From an uncultured Bacillales bacterium (GTDB lineage: Bacteria; Bacillota_I; Bacilli_A; RF39; UBA660), in the NCBI GenBank assembly GCA_946408655.1, contig CAMJTE010000002.1:1-44551 (forward strand): a stretch of 44,551 bases of DNA. Direction: 5' to 3'. Under the pieces are notes generated by a model, which did not search any database, was not told where the DNA came from, and saw nothing but the letters and a program-made list of their open reading frames with translations. Shown one piece after another: positions 41,392-44,551 of the stretch; positions within the stretch are counted from its first letter, which is position 1, and each line of letters starts with the position of its first letter. Both the position numbers and the translations under genes were made by a program.

Positions 41392-41817
41392 ATGGATAGT
41401 AATTTAAAAAGAACAATTATATTAGAACACTATCAAAATCCTAAAAATAAAGGTTTAATTAATGATGATAGTTATATAAATGTTAATATGAATAATGAAT
41501 CATGTATTGATGAGATTAATTTAATGGTTAAAATAGAAGATGGTATAATTAAAGATATAAGATTTGATGGAGAAGCCTGTGCGATATGTACTTCCGCAAC
41601 ATCAGTTATGATTTCAACTCTAATTGGCAAAAGTGTTAGTGATGCAAAAGAGATTTTAAGAAACTATGAATATATGATAGATGAAAAAGACTATAATGAA
41701 GAATTATTAGAAGAAGCAAGTATTTATAGTGATATTGCTAAACAACCAAATAGAAAAAAGTGTGCATTATTAGCATGGTGGGGGATTAAAAAAGTTATAG
41801 GTGAAAATAAAGATTGA
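41392..41817 (+). CDS. sufU: SUF-type Fe-S cluster assembly scaffold (SufU/IscU-like NifU N-domain protein)
   Basis: ILEHYQNPKNKGL, then CIDEINL, GEACAICTSATSVM and KCALLAWWG (three Cys ligands). The likely start is ATG 41392 (SD TGGAGA at 41377-41382). Confidence 0.85.
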   Translation: MDSNLKRTIILEHYQNPKNKGLINDDSYINVNMNNESCIDEINLMVKIEDGIIKDIRFDGEACAICTSATSVMISTLIGKSVSDAKEILRNYEYMIDEKDYNEELLEEASIYSDIAKQPNRKKCALLAWWGIKKVIGENKD

Positions 41818-41936
41818 AGAAAATAAAAGATATGTTATAAAAGAATTAGATGGTTTAATTTTTTAAACGAAAATTTAGATAGTAGCGATGATTATTTAAA
41901 TAAAATTAGAAAAAAGAAAGAAAATAGGGGATTGTT

Positions 41937-43220
41937 ATGAATATAAAGGAAATAATAAATAAAAAAAGGTTAGGTTGTGAACTTGATAATAATGAGATAA
42001 GTTATGTCGTTGATGGTTATGTAAAAGGTGTTATTCCTGATTATCAGATGAGTGCGCTTTTAATGGCTATATGTACTCGTGGCATGACTTTTTTAGAAAC
42101 TTTAAATTTAACTGATTCTATGCTTCATAGTGGAGATATACTTGATTTATCTAGTATTGATGGAATAATTGTTGATAAACATTCAACGGGAGGAATAGGT
42201 GATAAAGTAACACTTATTCTTGCTCCACTTCTTGCATCTTTAAATATTAAGGTAGCAAAGATGAGTGGTCGCGGTTTAGGCTACACAGGCGGTACTATTG
42301 ATAAGTTAGAAAGTATTCCTAATTTTAATGTTAATTTAACTGAGAAAGAGTTTATAGATGAAGTAAATAGTATTGGTATGGCAATAATTAGTCCTACTTC
42401 TAGTATTGATGTTGCAGACAAAAAAATATATAGCTTGAGAGATGTTACTTCAACCGTAGAATCAATTCCTTTAATTGCATCTAGTATTATGTCTAAGAAG
42501 CTAGCAAGTAATGCCGATATTATAGTAATTGATGTAAAAGTAGGAATTGGTGCTTTAATTAAAAATAAAAAAGATGCAATAAAGTTATCGCATTATTTAA
42601 TAGATATTGGCTCTCATTATAGTAAAAAAGTATTTTGCCTTCTTACTAATATGAATCAACCTTTAGGATATAATATTGGTAATAAATTAGAAGTAATAGA
42701 AGCTATGGATGCATTACAAGGTAATGGATGTAAAGACTTGATGGAAGTTGTATATTCTATTGCCAGTATTATAATTAGTGAAGTTAGAAATATTAGTTTA
42801 GATGAAGCATGTAACTTATCTATTGCTAATATAAAAAATGGTTCTGCTTTTAATAAGTTTAAAGAGTTTGTAAGTAGTCAAAATGGCGATATTAATGATA
42901 TAAGAATAAATAGTAAAGAAGTAACTGTATTTAGTAATACTAGTGGATATATAAGTGAAATTGATGCGGAAAAAATAGGTAAGATTACATTAGAACTTGG
43001 TGCAGGTAGAATAAGTAAAGAAGATACAATAGATTATGATGTTGGAATATCTCTTAATAAAAAAGTCGGAGATTATGTTAAAGAAGGAGATATACTAGTA
43101 ACCATTTATTACAATGATAAAGAGATTGATATAAATACCTTTAAAGAATGCTTTAAATATTCTTTAGAAAAAACTAAAGTTGATACTATATATGGCATGA
43201 TAAAATGTAAAGATATGTAA
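41937..43220 (+). CDS. pdp: Pyrimidine-nucleoside (thymidine) phosphorylase
   Basis: Motifs KHSTGGIGDK and SGRGLGYTGGTIDKLESIP, a C-terminal alpha/beta domain, and a length of 427 aa. Confidence 0.9.
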   Translation: MNIKEIINKKRLGCELDNNEISYVVDGYVKGVIPDYQMSALLMAICTRGMTFLETLNLTDSMLHSGDILDLSSIDGIIVDKHSTGGIGDKVTLILAPLLASLNIKVAKMSGRGLGYTGGTIDKLESIPNFNVNLTEKEFIDEVNSIGMAIISPTSSIDVADKKIYSLRDVTSTVESIPLIASSIMSKKLASNADIIVIDVKVGIGALIKNKKDAIKLSHYLIDIGSHYSKKVFCLLTNMNQPLGYNIGNKLEVIEAMDALQGNGCKDLMEVVYSIASIIISEVRNISLDEACNLSIANIKNGSAFNKFKEFVSSQNGDINDIRINSKEVTVFSNTSGYISEIDAEKIGKITLELGAGRISKEDTIDYDVGISLNKKVGDYVKEGDILVTIYYNDKEIDINTFKECFKYSLEKTKVDTIYGMIKCKDM

Positions 43221-43286
43221 AGTTTTTATATTTTTCTTGATAAAATTTTTTAAATGTTTTATTCTTATAATAGATAGGAGGTTATT

Positions 43287-43487
43287 ATGATATATCCATC
43301 AATAGATAAATTATTAAATCAAGTTGGATCTAAATATTTACTAGTTAATGTAGTGTCTAAAAGAGTAAAAGAAATGAAAAAGAAAAAATACTTTCAAATG
43401 AATGAAAAAGATTATAAGTCTAGTAAAGAAATAGGAAAAGCTTTAGAAGAAATATCTAAAGGATTAATCCATATTAATCAAGAATAA
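43287..43487 (+). CDS. rpoZ: DNA-directed RNA polymerase subunit omega
   Basis: A 66-aa protein with YPSIDKLLNQVGSKYLLVNVVSKRVKEM, matching the RpoZ N-terminal pattern of Firmicutes. Confidence 0.8.
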   Translation: MIYPSIDKLLNQVGSKYLLVNVVSKRVKEMKKKKYFQMNEKDYKSSKEIGKALEEISKGLIHINQE

Positions 43488-43511
43488 AAAAGAGTAATAA
43501 AAAGAGGTGTT

Positions 43512-44375
43512 ATGAAAAAAATAAAGGAGTTTATAAAAACTTTAGTTGATATTATCATGTTACCACAAATGATGCACTTACCAGGTAGTCTAGCTTTTTT
43601 TATAATATTATCAATATTTCCTATATTGATGTTAATAGGAATAGTTGCATCATATTTTTCGGTTTCCATTGAAGGTATAACTAGTACAATGTCTGCAGCA
43701 TTACCAAGTGGTGTAGAGAAGTTATTATTGCCTTATATTCAAGCAGGAACATTTCCAAGAAATATACTAATATCAACTATATTTGCTTTTATTTTAGCTA
43801 GTAATGGTACTCATGCATTAATACTTGCTAGTAATTCTTTATATGATATAAAGAATTCTAGTTATTTAAGAAGAAGAATAAAAGCATTATTTTTAATCTT
43901 ATTATTAATAGTATTATTTATATTTATGATATCCTTTTTAACTTATGGAAATCAATTATTTACATATATATTAAAAGCTGTTTCCTATGGACCAGTAAAT
44001 GAAGTATTATATTATTTCTTTGCACTAATTAAATGGCCGATTGCTATGTTTGTTATATATCTAGCAATAAAATTAATATATGTACTATCTCCAGATGGTA
44101 AGATATATAGTTCTACAACATCAACAGGTGCATTATTTTCAACAATAGGATTTACAGTTGCAACAGCTATATTCTCATTTTATGTAAATAACTTTAGTAC
44201 ATATGATATTTATTATGGATCTATAGCTACAATTGTAACACTAATGATTTGGATATATATACTATCCTTTATCCTAGTAATTGGTATTGCAATAAACGTA
44301 AGAAACTATAATAATTATAAAATAAAAAATATGAATAATATTTTAAAAAAGAACAATAATATAAGTGTACTATAA
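43512..44375 (+). CDS. YihY/BrkB family membrane protein
   Basis: A 287-aa protein with ~6 TM helices. It has the N-terminal pattern LPGSLAFFIILSIFPILMLI and a C-terminal YGSIATIVTLMIWIYILSFILVIG, both typical of the family. Confidence 0.7.
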   Translation: MKKIKEFIKTLVDIIMLPQMMHLPGSLAFFIILSIFPILMLIGIVASYFSVSIEGITSTMSAALPSGVEKLLLPYIQAGTFPRNILISTIFAFILASNGTHALILASNSLYDIKNSSYLRRRIKALFLILLLIVLFIFMISFLTYGNQLFTYILKAVSYGPVNEVLYYFFALIKWPIAMFVIYLAIKLIYVLSPDGKIYSSTTSTGALFSTIGFTVATAIFSFYVNNFSTYDIYYGSIATIVTLMIWIYILSFILVIGIAINVRNYNNYKIKNMNNILKKNNNISVL

Positions 44376-44477
44376 TTACCGATAGTACTAATACAGACTA
44401 CATTAGTACCGAATGGTTTCTAGTGAACAGGTAAGTATAACATAAAAGGTAATGATAGTTGATACGCTCAACTATGA

Positions 44478-44502
44478 GTCAAGAGTTATTCTTGGCTTTT
44501 TT
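44478..44502 (+). terminator. Rho-independent terminator
   Basis: GTCAAGA (44478-44484), loop GTTAT, TCTTGGC (44490-44496), then a T6 run. Confidence 0.65.
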
Positions 44503-44503
44503 A

Positions 44504-44525
44504 TATAATAGGAAATTGATACTTT
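44504..44525 (+). repeat. 22-nt exact repeat TATAATAGGAAATTGATACTTT (copy 2)
   Basis: Identical to 2269-2290. It is followed by a perfect -35 hexamer TTGACA at 44541-44546, close to the window end. Confidence 0.85.
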
Positions 44526-44551
44526 CTATTCAAAAATTATTGACATTACGA

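Overview
This is a very AT-rich chromosomal segment read with the standard genetic code: TGG encodes Trp, and ORFs of 1769 and 3135 codons stay open under table 11. The host looks like a walled, low-GC Bacillota bacterium, possibly close to the Erysipelotrichia/Mollicutes neighbourhood (inference). The evidence for a wall and sporulation ancestry is a PASTA-bearing class B PBP, a peptidoglycan deacetylase and SpoVS. Almost all genes are on the + strand. The left end holds an IS1202-like (ISNCY) insertion sequence with a perfect 27-bp target duplication, a nonsense-mutated transposase and Tn7-like multiple subterminal repeats; it sits directly upstream of rpsU. The right two fifths is mostly housekeeping and envelope genes: sigma-70-family factor, PG deacetylase, VanZ/RDD protein, DUF975 protein, PBP2B-like protein, CBS-type family II pyrophosphatase, two zinc-ribbon membrane proteins, tRNA-Met followed by an integrase remnant, prfA, spoVS, sufU, pdp, rpoZ and a yihY-family gene. 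The standout is a ~22-kb, 11-gene, tightly packed operon (2510-24630). In it, a degenerate seven-gene F1Fo-derived ATPase is flanked by four N-terminally membrane-anchored proteins of 1769, 478, 239 and 3135 aa. The ATPase has a c-like subunit without the ion-binding carboxylate, a b/delta-like stalk candidate, shortened alpha, gamma and beta, an epsilon lacking its C-terminal helices, and an extra polytopic membrane protein; no a subunit and no separate delta are present. The four anchored proteins appear to share a ~200-aa juxtamembrane module, and three of them continue into FN3-like arrays, with the largest also carrying GLUG/beta-helix modules. I interpret this as a candidate ATP-driven cell-surface machine. 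It is conceptually related to the mycoplasma F1-like ATPases (the gliding motor and the MIB-MIP-associated type), but it sits in a walled host and in an arrangement I do not recognise as described. Functional statements about this system are inference.
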